Positions 1 to 11,135 of a stretch of 26,692 bases of DNA are shown piece after piece (the first letter of the stretch is position 1; each line of letters begins with the position of its first letter). Source of the stretch: a virus (taxonomy: Duplodnaviria > Caudoviricetes); the IMG/VR virus record IMGVR_UViG_3300038301_000308, positions 1 to 26,692 of that record. One strand, written 5' to 3'. The position numbers and the translations under genes were made by a program. The notes below the pieces were generated by a model. It saw only the letters and a program-made list of their open reading frames with translations. It had not been told where the DNA came from and did no database searches.

Positions 1-3000
1 AAACGAGTAGGGCCATTATAGAACTCATATAATGGTAAGTCTGTAGGTGTATTTCCTATTCTAATTTTTGCACCTGAACCATCGTTCTTATCAAGAACAC
101 GACCTCCAAGAGTTGCAGGGCCTTTAGGTAATAATAAACATTCACCAAACGCAGGGATTTCAAGACCTTTAATACCACGATCTGATTTGACACCTTTGCT
201 ATGTGAAACTACTAAGTCTGAGCCTGTAGCGTCTTGTGGTCTGAAAGCTCTCTCATATACTAAGCCTCCTCCGCTCTTTACCCTAATCCCCGCATTTGTC
301 CAAGGAAACAAAGTGTCGTTTGGTAGAGGAGGGGCTGGTATATTTCGGAAGAAGTTTGACTCTAAATAATAGTAGTCGGAGGGGCCTATAAATTTCTTAA
401 AGAAGTTATTTTCAATGTCAGTATCTAAAAAGAAATCTACATAGTCTTTAAAGTGGTCTGACTGCAAATAAGACAACGTATTTGCATGTGATATTCTAGT
501 CTGATTAGAAATACTTGCATATCTCATCACTTGAGATTGGAAGTTTTTAACAGTAGAAGCAGAAGCCTCATTCTCATTTATTCTGGCGAAAGAACCCTCC
601 GCAGAACGTGCGTCTTCAATTACTAAGTCTGAGTTAAATCCTGCAACAATAACATCCCCATAGAACTCAGTGCGATTGAAACGAGAAGGTAGGCTTACAG
701 GATTCCCATCTCTCACTTCATCTCTAGGATCTACATAAGGGAAAGAATAAAGGACTAGTGCTCCAAGAGAATCTGTACTTCCTTTTTGAGGGTGGACTCG
801 AATAGCATTTCCACTAACAACACCCAAACCACCGTCGAGAACAACACCTAAGCCCATTCTCTCAGGATACCCAAGAGATACAAAACCGGACTCACCGTTC
901 TCAAATCTCCTTTTCGTGGTTAAAGAATAAGACTCATCAAGTCGATCTGATCTTTCTGAGGAATAAACAACAAGACGAGAAGGTGTGCTTCCTAAAGTTT
1001 CAACAAGATTAGGTACGGCTTCAGTTGTCCTCAGATCCTGACCTGCATTATCTAGTGTATAGAGTTCATTAGCACTATCTGAACTTACGGTAACAAAAGC
1101 TAAAGAAGAAGTTTTTCCTCTTCTGTCCATATTTCTGTGGACACCTAATAGTCTGATATTACTATATTGATCCGAAAGGTGCTCGTCATTGAACTTTAAA
1201 TCAGAGGGTGTATCTGAAGGTGTGTTGTAAGTAGCAAGAGGAACAATCTCTGCGGGTAAAGAACGCTTCCCTAAAGCTCTAGGGTTAATCTCTACACCTT
1301 GTAAATCTGAAGAAGAAGAGGAGGGTGAACCTCCACTATTTTCTACATCAAAAACATAGACGTGCTGAAAGTACATCCCTTGTCGAGACTCTTTATGTAC
1401 GATTCTCCACTTGTATGAATCCAATCCATTTCTAAGTTTCTCTTGAGGTGGAGAAAGTTGCTCTGGCTTAACGAGTCTGTTGTTTGCACTATTGTTAGGT
1501 ATTTCTGAGAAATACCTATTGGACTCCACTCTCACCGTAATATTAGCTACTATGGAGGATAAGCTATTTCTAACTTTTGAGTTATAGTTAGAAATATACC
1601 CATGTAAGGTGTTTTCACTACCAAACTTCGACTCTTGTGATGAAGCATCTATTGGAGCTACAACAGGAACGTCTATAATCTTAAAATAGCCATCCGTTTT
1701 ATCTTGGTTTTGACTTTCTAAATATAAGAAGCAACCTCTAAGTGCAGGTAACGCCATGCTTGAAATATCAGAGGTGGCAAACTGCCCCATCTCAAATAAA
1801 GTCTCGCCTGTTTCCGATAAAGTTCGAGTGTTACTTTCTCCAACAAAAGGATTAAGCTTACCTTCGTCTATTTGTTGGTCTACTAAGTTTTGACCAAGAC
1901 TTGCAGAAATACCTTTTAAGTCAGCAATCGTCAAACCTAAAGAAATAGTAGCAGTTCTCTTGATGGTAGCATTAGTTTCCGTTGCACTATTATAAGTGTT
2001 GTTGAAACCAAACAACCCAACTCCCGAAGGCATATGAGCCCCCGCTCCTCGTTGTAGTGAATACTCTGAATTTCTTCGTGCTGATTGTGGAAAATAGCCC
2101 ACACCTCCTGTAGTGGAGGGTTCCCAGTCTTTCCAATAATCAGAGCGATTCTCTGAAGAAGCCACACCTCCAATTAAATAGTCTGTTGCAGTAGCAGGTG
2201 CGTTATCAGAGTGTACAACAAAAGCTGTGTATTTGTCTGTTCCGAGAACACGAATGTTTTTGACGTAGAGTTGAATATCGCCTGAGACCCTCAAGCCTGA
2301 AGAACCCCCGAAAACAGTACCTTTATAATTGGATTTCTTTGACGAATCGCTAGAAAGATTTCCTATTGTTCCTGCATTGTCTGAGCTAGAACCAGAAGGT
2401 AAGCTGACAAAAGGAAATACCCCATGATCTACAAAAGTCTCAAAAACTCTGTAGTTGTTCTTCTCATAGTCTGTATATGTATGATCAAATTCAAGCTTCT
2501 GACCCCAAGTCACACCCCCAACAATAGAAGCAAAAGAAATACCTGCTTGGGAAAGTGGAAGTCCTGTAAACAATCCGATTCTACCGCCTGAAATAAGAGT
2601 TGCAGACTGAGAACCAAAAGTCCCATAGCCTCCGTCTATTGCAGAGGTTTCTCTGAGATTGCTGTTACTGTTGTTAAACTCGGCAACTGCTTGAGTGGTG
2701 AGAAGGCTTTTAATATTCCCTTCGTTCCATAGTATGTTATTTCCAACTACAAGAGAAGCATAGGTGTACGAGATAGGAGAATATACAGGTCTAAAAGTGT
2801 CGTCTGTGATAGAAGAAACCGTAGGCATGAAAGAGCTTATTTGACTATAACCTCCGTATTGTCCTCCTACAGATTGCACCAACACTCTGAGAGAGAGTGG
2901 TGTGTTCTCGTGATTCTGATTTTGATTAATAATACTAAATATGGTGGCTTTAGCCTGTTGGTTAGCACTATTTCTTAAGTAGAACGCATCTCCTTTTTGA

Positions 3001-6000
3001 AGAACACTCTTATCTATTAGAGGAAGGATGAACTTAGACGAATCTATTTTTGCTATGTAATCTTCGCCACCAAAGTTATTTCCTAAGTAAGTGCTATGGA
3101 AATATTCTCTTTCTTTTGGTGTGGCAGAGAAAGAAGCGTGGATTTCTACATAACCACCCTCTGTTGTCACAGCTCCACTGTTGGTTTTTAATAACCCAAG
3201 AGTATCTTTAGAAACCCAAGCAAAGTTTCTAAAGTCCGGAGTCGTCAAAGAGCTGTTATCAAAGGAGAAGTTTTGGTTGTCTAACCAACTGTTTTGAACA
3301 TCGAAATCTGAACTTTCCGCAGAAGAAACATGAGAGTCTACTCCAAAATGGAAAGACCTTGTTAAGTTACTTCTTATCGGATAAAAAGCGGATCTGCCTG
3401 TAGGATCTTCAACAAAACTAGTAACAAAATTAGCCGTACTATTTCCTTCTAATAGTTGTTGTTCTATTCTAAAAGATTCACCTAAGAGTCTACCTAAAGG
3501 CAAAAGCCCTTCTTTTGGAAATCCTAGCTCAAGGTTTCCTTCTTGACCTAAAACTGTAGGGTTACCTATCTGAGTGGTATTGTCTGCTAAAGCTGACCCT
3601 GTGTGGAAATAACCCATACGGTTAAAGTATCGAGTTTTTACATCTTCCCCATTGAAAAGGTAGGTCATAAACGAGCCATCTATTTCTCCAAGAGAAGCGA
3701 TGATGTTTATGAGTCTATTTTCTTGTAGGCTTGCTTTAGTAGACAGAAATAATGTGTTTGAGTCTAAGACTTTATTATTACAGCCACGCCCTGTACAAAT
3801 TAACGCTAATCTATGTGTATCTGCATCATTGACATCAAAAGGATATCTAGGGTGTCTCACATCGTGAGATGTAACCCAAAGAATTTGACGCTCTCCACCT
3901 ACAGCATGTCCTGCTGCTTCCATTGAGGTTATATCTTCTTGAAGGTTAGCATTGGGAGTTTTTGCACCACTTAAAAAATCATAATCTTGAAAGCAAGCGT
4001 CATAAAAACCAGCACGATCTAAAAGTCGTGCGGAGTGTCCGAAGTAGAGATCCTTATTGAGTTGACTTGCAATGTCTTTAACCATCTGCTCTACAGAGGG
4101 ATATGTAGAAATCTTAAAGGTGATCTGCTCGTTGTTGACTACTAGGCTGACCCACTTATCTTCTTGACCTGCTTCTGTACTTTCTAAAGAGAGTAAATAT
4201 CTTGAAGCAGGTAGTATTTCGACTCCAAATTCGGCATTTAACACGCTCTCAAGAGCTGTTACAGGAGCTGTTTCTATGTAAGCATATGCAGGATATACAC
4301 AGGCATTTCTACCTGTTAGAGTGCCTACTACACCATCCATTAGTGCGTCAGTATATCGAGCTTCTTGTGGGACAGAAAGTTTAAGTTCATCTACCACATC
4401 TTCAGCGTCTGTAGACCCTGTGCTTACTCTGAGATACCATGAAGTAGCAAAAGGATTGTGGCAGTCTGCAACGAAATCTAAACCAAATACAACACGCTCC
4501 CCTGCGGTTAAAGTAGGGTTTTGTTTCGTAGAAATAGTGACAGCTTCTGTATTTAGATAATACCCACTAAGATCTTCATGGAGATAATTCTGATCTGAAG
4601 TCGCTTCAAATCTTATTTCATCTGAATCTGTAATATTAACTTTAACGGAAGAGCTATAAGGTGTGATAGTTAAGTCGGTGTTTGAAAACTCAAGCACGTT
4701 GGAGGCTACAAGATCCCCTCTCTTCACAGAAAGACTTACATTATAGTCTCCACCTACGCTCCATTCTTTATCTGAACTATCGTAGACAACAGAAGACTCT
4801 CCTGTCTCTAGTCCACTGATCTTTAATACTTGGTTTCCTCTCTCATCTAAAGAAATAAGACCTTTGTTAAAAGTTATTTCTTCTGATCTGAGACTTAAAC
4901 CCGCATAAATAGATTCTCTGAAATTGAGACTACTATTTCTAACAAACTCAACATGACCTTCGGTAAGGATCTTATCGAAGTTAGCAACCCCCATCAATCC
5001 AAGGTCATCAACATCATAAACGTGTAGCTTCACACCTTCTAGATGTGTTTCAACTAGTTTGTATCTGACTTGGACATACTCTACGGAGTCCATGCCCACT
5101 TGTTCATGCTTCCAAAACTCAAGAGCACCTGTCATCGGTATTTCTGAAATAGAAACGCCTGGGATGTAAAGTGTGTCTGGGAAAGAGCTTAATGAATATA
5201 AAGCCTCTCCAAATGTGAGAGCATCTGCACTTAAGATGTTTTTTATCTTTGGAGTTCTAAAAGCACCTTTAACAACTTCTTCTTCTTTGGCTGTAAATCT
5301 GTTTCCAAAAGAAGCGTTTTGAGCTAAAGGTACACAAGAAATAAACAATACAGGATTCCCTGTAGGGTTTTGATTGTGATTAAGAATAGAAAGCTCTTGT
5401 GTATACTCACTATGGAAATAGAGAGTAGCTCCTTCATAGTCTAACTCATATAAGTTAGGGTCTATTGGGTTCTCGAAATCTGCGACAAGATTACTATTCA
5501 ATTCTTTTGCAGGGTAAACAACTGCTTTGAAGCCCAAATCGAGAAGGTTGGAAATAACCTTCCCATCCCAAGAGCAATCGCTTGCCCTCATCATAGTGGC
5601 TTTTTCTGAAGAAGAACCTTCTGAGAGCAAGGGAGAAATAAGAGACTTGATTCTAGTAGCGTCTATTTCGTGGGGTTGTGGGTTACTCTTCGCAAATAAG
5701 TCTGAAATACTCTCATGAACTGTGAACTTCACAAGAGGGCCAGGGGAGTCTAAGGTTTGAGAAACATCCCAAGAAACGATTCCACTAGTGTGGTGTTGTT
5801 TCGTGATTCCTCGAAGTGTTAAGTTCTTACCCGTCACTTGAGTTGAATTGATTACCTCAAAAAAGCCCAAAACCTTTTCTGTACTTTCGACTTCAACTAT
5901 TTTAATAATCTTCCCAACCCAAGAAATACTTTCAAAAGTACTAGTGTGTTCTCCTACTGTCTTCCCTTGTGGCACATTACTATATCTTACAGAGAAGCCA

Positions 6001-6995
6001 TCTGTATCTTCTAACTGCACATTAAGAGTGAAAGTAGATGGCTCACTAGGGTTAGGTGTATTAGACAAAGATCCAGTCAAAACTTCCAAACCACCAAACT
6101 GAAGGGGGCTTAATACAGGAAGTTTAGATCTATTTCCGTATGTTGAAATAGATCCCAATAAACCACTGTCATGGAACGAGCCGTCTAACCATTTTGCAAG
6201 AGGGGGTTCAATGTCGAGAGACAAGGATTTCTCAGGTGGCATGACAAAGTAAGATTTACCACCACTAGAAGGTACAGACAACATACGAGAAGCGGATTTT
6301 CGTATGAACATCACACCTTTAAGCGTGTTATCCACAGAGTAGTCAAACACTTCAGAAATAGGAGTTTCAGCAGAGATCTTAATCGTATTTTGGTTTATAC
6401 CATGCACTTTAAATATATGGTAAGGGACTCTTTGTGGGTCTTTTGAGTTTACAGTCGATATGCTATGTCCAATATATCTGAAAACAACATAAAGACCACC
6501 ATTATCTATCACATCTGTATATGGGAGAGTAAGCTCCCCATCGTCTGTGAAGCCATACATTTCTTTCATAGTGCCACTAGAAAGATTTTCTATTTCTAAG
6601 TATTCTCCATCATTATACTTGGTAATACTCCAAGTCCAATCTACTTGATTGGACTTCAGAGTAGGTCCTAATACTTCAAAAGAAATAGGAGAGCCTAGTG
6701 TGGCTTCTCCCTCTAAACCTATTCTATTTGTGTTTTCTACATACGGGATAAAATCAATATCCCCAAACCCATGCAACCCCAACCCTGTTTTTAAAGTTGG
6801 TATTGGAGTTGTATCATATTTACGCCCACCTCCAAGAGAAAACTCACTAGCCCATGAACCCTCAAAGCGAGACAATCCTGTTTTTATCTCTTCAGAGCGT
6901 ACTGTCCTATTTCTTGAGTAGTGTTCTGACTCAGAATTGTTAGTAGCCTGTATGTTTTGAGAAGCTTTATTCAAACGATCAAAATCAGAAGCCAT
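1..6995 (-). CDS. Giant hypothetical protein, at least 2331 aa, 3' end beyond the left window edge; probable virion structural or tail-tip protein
   Basis: ATG at 6995 (alternative in-frame ATG at 7016) with GAGGT at 7003-7007. Manual translation gives MASDFDRLNKASQNIQATNN...NLLDLGFKAVVYPAKE...PTDLPLYEFYNGPTR at the edge, with no in-frame stop seen. Its absence from the ORF track fits a frame with no stop before the edge. Function is inferred from context only. Confidence 0.9.
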   Translation of the reverse strand, partial: MASDFDRLNKASQNIQATNNSESEHYSRNRTVRSEEIKTGLSRFEGSWASEFSLGGGRKYDTTPIPTLKTGLGLHGFGDIDFIPYVENTNRIGLEGEATLGSPISFEVLGPTLKSNQVDWTWSITKYNDGEYLEIENLSSGTMKEMYGFTDDGELTLPYTDVIDNGGLYVVFRYIGHSISTVNSKDPQRVPYHIFKVHGINQNTIKISAETPISEVFDYSVDNTLKGVMFIRKSASRMLSVPSSGGKSYFVMPPEKSLSLDIEPPLAKWLDGSFHDSGLLGSISTYGNRSKLPVLSPLQFGGLEVLTGSLSNTPNPSEPSTFTLNVQLEDTDGFSVRYSNVPQGKTVGEHTSTFESISWVGKIIKIVEVESTEKVLGFFEVINSTQVTGKNLTLRGITKQHHTSGIVSWDVSQTLDSPGPLVKFTVHESISDLFAKSNPQPHEIDATRIKSLISPLLSEGSSSEKATMMRASDCSWDGKVISNLLDLGFKAVVYPAKELNSNLVADFENPIDPNLYELDYEGATLYFHSEYTQELSILNHNQNPTGNPVLFISCVPLAQNASFGNRFTAKEEEVVKGAFRTPKIKNILSADALTFGEALYSLSSFPDTLYIPGVSISEIPMTGALEFWKHEQVGMDSVEYVQVRYKLVETHLEGVKLHVYDVDDLGLMGVANFDKILTEGHVEFVRNSSLNFRESIYAGLSLRSEEITFNKGLISLDERGNQVLKISGLETGESSVVYDSSDKEWSVGGDYNVSLSVKRGDLVASNVLEFSNTDLTITPYSSSVKVNITDSDEIRFEATSDQNYLHEDLSGYYLNTEAVTISTKQNPTLTAGERVVFGLDFVADCHNPFATSWYLRVSTGSTDAEDVVDELKLSVPQEARYTDALMDGVVGTLTGRNACVYPAYAYIETAPVTALESVLNAEFGVEILPASRYLLSLESTEAGQEDKWVSLVVNNEQITFKISTYPSVEQMVKDIASQLNKDLYFGHSARLLDRAGFYDACFQDYDFLSGAKTPNANLQEDITSMEAAGHAVGGERQILWVTSHDVRHPRYPFDVNDADTHRLALICTGRGCNNKVLDSNTLFLSTKASLQENRLINIIASLGEIDGSFMTYLFNGEDVKTRYFNRMGYFHTGSALADNTTQIGNPTVLGQEGNLELGFPKEGLLPLGRLLGESFRIEQQLLEGNSTANFVTSFVEDPTGRSAFYPIRSNLTRSFHFGVDSHVSSAESSDFDVQNSWLDNQNFSFDNSSLTTPDFRNFAWVSKDTLGLLKTNSGAVTTEGGYVEIHASFSATPKEREYFHSTYLGNNFGGEDYIAKIDSSKFILPLIDKSVLQKGDAFYLRNSANQQAKATIFSIINQNQNHENTPLSLRVLVQSVGGQYGGYSQISSFMPTVSSITDDTFRPVYSPISYTYASLVVGNNILWNEGNIKSLLTTQAVAEFNNSNSNLRETSAIDGGYGTFGSQSATLISGGRIGLFTGLPLSQAGISFASIVGGVTWGQKLEFDHTYTDYEKNNYRVFETFVDHGVFPFVSLPSGSSSDNAGTIGNLSSDSSKKSNYKGTVFGGSSGLRVSGDIQLYVKNIRVLGTDKYTAFVVHSDNAPATATDYLIGGVASSENRSDYWKDWEPSTTGGVGYFPQSARRNSEYSLQRGAGAHMPSGVGLFGFNNTYNSATETNATIKRTATISLGLTIADLKGISASLGQNLVDQQIDEGKLNPFVGESNTRTLSETGETLFEMGQFATSDISSMALPALRGCFLYLESQNQDKTDGYFKIIDVPVVAPIDASSQESKFGSENTLHGYISNYNSKVRNSLSSIVANITVRVESNRYFSEIPNNSANNRLVKPEQLSPPQEKLRNGLDSYKWRIVHKESRQGMYFQHVYVFDVENSGGSPSSSSSDLQGVEINPRALGKRSLPAEIVPLATYNTPSDTPSDLKFNDEHLSDQYSNIRLLGVHRNMDRRGKTSSLAFVTVSSDSANELYTLDNAGQDLRTTEAVPNLVETLGSTPSRLVVYSSERSDRLDESYSLTTKRRFENGESGFVSLGYPERMGLGVVLDGGLGVVSGNAIRVHPQKGSTDSLGALVLYSFPYVDPRDEVRDGNPVSLPSRFNRTEFYGDVIVAGFNSDLVIEDARSAEGSFARINENEASASTVKNFQSQVMRYASISNQTRISHANTLSYLQSDHFKDYVDFFLDTDIENNFFKKFIGPSDYYYLESNFFRNIPAPPLPNDTLFPWTNAGIRVKSGGGLVYERAFRPQDATGSDLVVSHSKGVKSDRGIKGLEIPAFGECLLLPKGPATLGGRVLDKNDGSGAKIRIGNTPTDLPLYEFYNGPTR

Positions 6996-7072
6996 ATTTA
7001 GAACCTCGCTTTTCATATTTTACATCAACAATGTGATAGCTCAGAAATATCAAAGAACAATCAAAGTTATGT

Positions 7073-10000
7073 CTACACTACCACATCTTCATCTATGTTT
7101 AGACCATTTGACATTCTTAGTATTTCTAAACCTACAAGACCTTTTCTTTCCCTTAAAGGTATCTTCGTATCCCCAGATTCCCCAAAATCTAAATCCAACG
7201 CTTTTGCATTATCAAGGAAATCTACTTTCACTAAAACAGGACATTCATCTGAACTGTTTTTGATGAAAGTGGCAAGATTCCCCATCTCCAATAGAAGATC
7301 CACACATATCAAACCCTCTTTAATAAGAACACCCTCTTGATAAGAAATAAGACAACCCGCACCATCCAAAGAAATATGCTGTTTGCTCACACCACTACCA
7401 TTAGGACGACCCACATCTAACCATGTAGTAAGTCCGGGGATCTTTGCAGAAATAATTATACCACGATCAGAAGTAGAGTGTGAGAAATCAGAAATATCTA
7501 AGCCCAAAATTCTTAACTTAAAACGAGAAGTACCTACCATGTTTTCTTTTGTTCCGCTTCTAGAGAAATCCACGTCAAAAGCTCTGCTATATGAGAAGGT
7601 TCTTCCTGTAATTTTAGTCGCTAAATCCGCAGTGTAATCTGCTTGATGAGAATAAGACTGTGGGATTGTGGCTAGATCTAACTTCCAAGAAGCATCGTAG
7701 GAGTTGTTAGGGAAATAAGATGTCCCGTTGTAGTCTGTTTGAGGTCTAACTAATAAACCTCTTCTTGGATTTCCATAAGATGCCCCACTTAAAACCATAT
7801 CTGAAAAACTCGGCAGTCCTCGGACTTGAGCCTCTCCTGATTTATAATAATCATCTCCATTCCCATCAGTATATACTGTAAGATTAAGCTCTTGACACCA
7901 TTCCCAATGATGCCCCTCTCTAAGATACCCTGCTTCTCCATGATTGTTTACGCCATAAGCCCCATCATCTCTTACAGAAATAAGATTTGCACTAGAACCT
8001 AAAGGCAGACCATCTCCCATTAAGTTCTCTTCTCCTGTCATAGATTTAAAGGTCACATTAATTCTATAAGACTCATCTAGAAATCTTTCTTGAGTGTCTT
8101 TTTTAGAAGTAAAGAGGGAGCTTAAAGGTATTTGATTTTGTACCGCTGAACCATGAAATACATTCAGCCCTCCTGTGGCTTTCTTATACCCACCACTCCC
8201 TAAAACCCCTATAATCCCACTTGGGTATTGAAGGAAATTCCCATATGTAGGTAACTCTGATCCATTTACTCTTGGAGCTTCATGTAGATCATAACCACGA
8301 TGCATAAGTGCTACTTTCCAAGGATAATGATCTAACTGATTGCCGACAGGTATCGGGTACTCTGTTACCCCACTACTCTTAATATTAGTCTCACTTAAAC
8401 CATAACCCGCAACCCTATTACTAAAATCAACTGAAGTTTGATAGGTGTTAACACCAAACGAGGTCACTAAATGTGCATCGTATGAGGCAGTATCGGTATA
8501 ATCCCCACTCCCTACAAACGCTAAATATATATCTGAATTTGCAAAATCAGGTTGAGCTTCTATGAAATATTGTTCGTTAGGGACTAATAATAAAGTGGCA
8601 TCGTGGCTACCCTCTATGTTGGGATTATGTACAGATTCATTTAAAGGTCGATATATTGGGTAGTCGGGGAAATTGCCGACCCCAACCTTCGCAATAGTAG
8701 AACATAACTCAAGTCCTGTACCTGCGGATAAAGTCAGGGTTTGATAAACTCTGAAGCCTTCTTGGTCATATCTAAAGACAGCAAATGCTTGATCATCATT
8801 TCTGTCGGTTGCTCCATATTTGCAGTGGAGAAATACAGAAGAAGAAACTACATTTTCGACTAAAGAAATAAGACGGGCTGAGTGGTACATCAAATTCTGA
8901 GTTCTGTGTCCATCATTTTGGGTGTTTATTGTGTATGTCGGTTTTCTTGTGTGAGAAATAGCTAAACCATCGTGATGAAAAAGAGGATCTTTCGCTATTA
9001 GACAAGTATTTCCACTTGTAGTAAAAGTACATAACCCTATATCCCCTTTAGGTACAAAATAAAACACAAAGTAAGAAAAGTTAGCAGGCACAACCCCTGT
9101 TGTCGTATCATTTCTTATGTCTGACCACCCAAAACTTACAGATTGCGTGGTTGGAGTAAGATCTTTATGTGTACTATCATCCCCTACAAATATTTCTACT
9201 TGGACTTCATCCTCTGCGGTGTAAGAGGAAAGGTTAAAGAAGAAAGGGTTAAAAGGCTCATTGTATTTCTTAGTTACTGTTGTATCTTTAGAGAAATATC
9301 TTGGAATAGTTGCATCTAAATCCCCATTTGTGAGAGAGAGTAATGAGACTTTATTAAGAATCTTGTGGTGTGTTTCCGCAGAATTGAGGAGAGTAGAGGA
9401 CTTATCTTTTTTATCTCTAGTGGGTAATAAATATTTACACCCTGAGATAGAGGTATAATACCCCTGTGTAGGATCAAATGCAGTTTCTGTGCTGTTTTGG
9501 AATGTTTCATGGCTGAACTCTCCAACTGTGGCACTATTAACACTTTCATCTACATCTCTATTTCTCACAAAAACATTAGGTCTAATTATAGGGTTAGTTA
9601 TCGAATCTTTATTTTTCGCACCAAGAACAGGAATACCTAACTCTGTATACGCATCCCCATCTACCACCAAGTTATCTATGTGATCTCCCACTTTTGGTTT
9701 TAAGAAATTGACAGACCAAAGGTCATCTTCAGTCGGGGCAATACCATCCCTAACTAATTTCTCAAATGCAGATTCATTTTTAAAGTGGACTAAAGCGAAA
9801 GATCCTTTTCCTTCTACATTTAAACCGATATCACTATACTTAACTACATGACGATATCTAGCTACTTGATATGTGTAATAATCATCACCAAAAGTAACAT
9901 AATTACCTGCGGTAGAGAAATCTGTTGAAGTAGATGCAGGTTGGATAACTTGGAAAAATCGTTCTCGATGCTCATTCGGGGTTTTCAAACCTGTTGGAGT

Positions 10001-11122
10001 ATAGTCCACCAATGCGGGTAAACGATACGCTAAGAAATTAGTATTGTTTCCAACCCAACTTGTAGTCCCTGAATCATAAGAATAAGCCCCAAAAAGCACA
10101 GGAATATTTCCACGAGCGTCCACTGTTGTATTATCTACCCCAAAGAAACAAGCAGAAGGGTCTTTTAATAGTCTAACAGCCCCTAAATTATTATCCGCAG
10201 CATATCCTGATAAAGAAATAACTCCATTTGCACCCTCTAAGTCTGATCTTTTAGCTAAATTCTGCATTTCTCTCAAGTCATACTGACCTGCCATCTTACT
10301 CGGAAATACATTTTGATCTGAGCCTTCTATAAAAACAGATAAGTATTCTTCTTCTTTAAGTCTGCCTTCACCTAAATTAATCGCCCCTATTACTCTGTTT
10401 GAAATATCAGTTACAGAGGCTGCAGAGATATACTGAACATCTGTTGCCCAATGTAAAAGAGCGACAGTTCCTCGATCCGCAGGAAATAGGAAACCAGAAA
10501 TAGTGAAACCATCCTCGGTTGTATTTGTGGCATTAGTATATGTGGTTCGAGTATGTCTGAAATCTTCTCCAGTAGTTACTCTCATTGAAGAAATAAAAGA
10601 AGCCCCATCTCCTCCTCCGAGTAAAAGATCCGTATCATCATCTACATTAAAAACAGCATCCGATCTAAGATCCGCACCTAGAATCCCAAAGGGTTTTGGG
10701 TTTGTAGATAAATAAGGGTATGTCTCAGACCCACTATTTCTGAAGTCAGTAGAGTTTACTGTAACCCCATCAAAGTCTATCGTAGTATTTCTATCCCAAG
10801 GTGCAGAATCCGCTTGCTTCAATACACCCCAATCAGGGATGCCAGAAATAGTGTAAGAGGTATTCTCTGAAGTATATGTCTTCTCTCCCTCCCCTAAACG
10901 GGGTGGTTTTATTTTTACTTGAGAGGCTAAATCATCTAAATGAGATTGAACTTCATCTCCGAGATATGTCTCAAAGGGATTTTCTGCGGAGATTTGGTTC
11001 GCATCATATGCGTCTTGAGACATTTGGACTTGAGTAGAGAGATTACCCTTAGAACCATCTTGGCAAACGGAACTACCCTCTCCTATTTTGATAATAGTCT
11101 TCGGATTATTCTTACTAGGCAT
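7073..11122 (-). CDS. 1349-aa hypothetical virion structural protein (baseplate or fibre associated)
   Basis: Long ORF with SD TAAGGAG at 11132-11138. N-terminal DAYDANQIS...EVQSHLDDL resembles short motifs in phage fibre proteins. G/D/N/T/Y-rich. No family recognised with confidence. Confidence 0.75.
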   Translation of the reverse strand: MPSKNNPKTIIKIGEGSSVCQDGSKGNLSTQVQMSQDAYDANQISAENPFETYLGDEVQSHLDDLASQVKIKPPRLGEGEKTYTSENTSYTISGIPDWGVLKQADSAPWDRNTTIDFDGVTVNSTDFRNSGSETYPYLSTNPKPFGILGADLRSDAVFNVDDDTDLLLGGGDGASFISSMRVTTGEDFRHTRTTYTNATNTTEDGFTISGFLFPADRGTVALLHWATDVQYISAASVTDISNRVIGAINLGEGRLKEEEYLSVFIEGSDQNVFPSKMAGQYDLREMQNLAKRSDLEGANGVISLSGYAADNNLGAVRLLKDPSACFFGVDNTTVDARGNIPVLFGAYSYDSGTTSWVGNNTNFLAYRLPALVDYTPTGLKTPNEHRERFFQVIQPASTSTDFSTAGNYVTFGDDYYTYQVARYRHVVKYSDIGLNVEGKGSFALVHFKNESAFEKLVRDGIAPTEDDLWSVNFLKPKVGDHIDNLVVDGDAYTELGIPVLGAKNKDSITNPIIRPNVFVRNRDVDESVNSATVGEFSHETFQNSTETAFDPTQGYYTSISGCKYLLPTRDKKDKSSTLLNSAETHHKILNKVSLLSLTNGDLDATIPRYFSKDTTVTKKYNEPFNPFFFNLSSYTAEDEVQVEIFVGDDSTHKDLTPTTQSVSFGWSDIRNDTTTGVVPANFSYFVFYFVPKGDIGLCTFTTSGNTCLIAKDPLFHHDGLAISHTRKPTYTINTQNDGHRTQNLMYHSARLISLVENVVSSSVFLHCKYGATDRNDDQAFAVFRYDQEGFRVYQTLTLSAGTGLELCSTIAKVGVGNFPDYPIYRPLNESVHNPNIEGSHDATLLLVPNEQYFIEAQPDFANSDIYLAFVGSGDYTDTASYDAHLVTSFGVNTYQTSVDFSNRVAGYGLSETNIKSSGVTEYPIPVGNQLDHYPWKVALMHRGYDLHEAPRVNGSELPTYGNFLQYPSGIIGVLGSGGYKKATGGLNVFHGSAVQNQIPLSSLFTSKKDTQERFLDESYRINVTFKSMTGEENLMGDGLPLGSSANLISVRDDGAYGVNNHGEAGYLREGHHWEWCQELNLTVYTDGNGDDYYKSGEAQVRGLPSFSDMVLSGASYGNPRRGLLVRPQTDYNGTSYFPNNSYDASWKLDLATIPQSYSHQADYTADLATKITGRTFSYSRAFDVDFSRSGTKENMVGTSRFKLRILGLDISDFSHSTSDRGIIISAKIPGLTTWLDVGRPNGSGVSKQHISLDGAGCLISYQEGVLIKEGLICVDLLLEMGNLATFIKNSSDECPVLVKVDFLDNAKALDLDFGESGDTKIPLRERKGLVGLEILRMSNGLNIDEDVVV

Positions 11123-11135
11123 ACCGAATCACTCC

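Noticed and set aside
1-7000. Apparent 7-kb non-coding or recoded region
   Set aside because: It is a single open minus-strand frame that runs off the edge. TAA, TAG and TGA all end genes elsewhere in the window, so stop-codon reassignment is not indicated.
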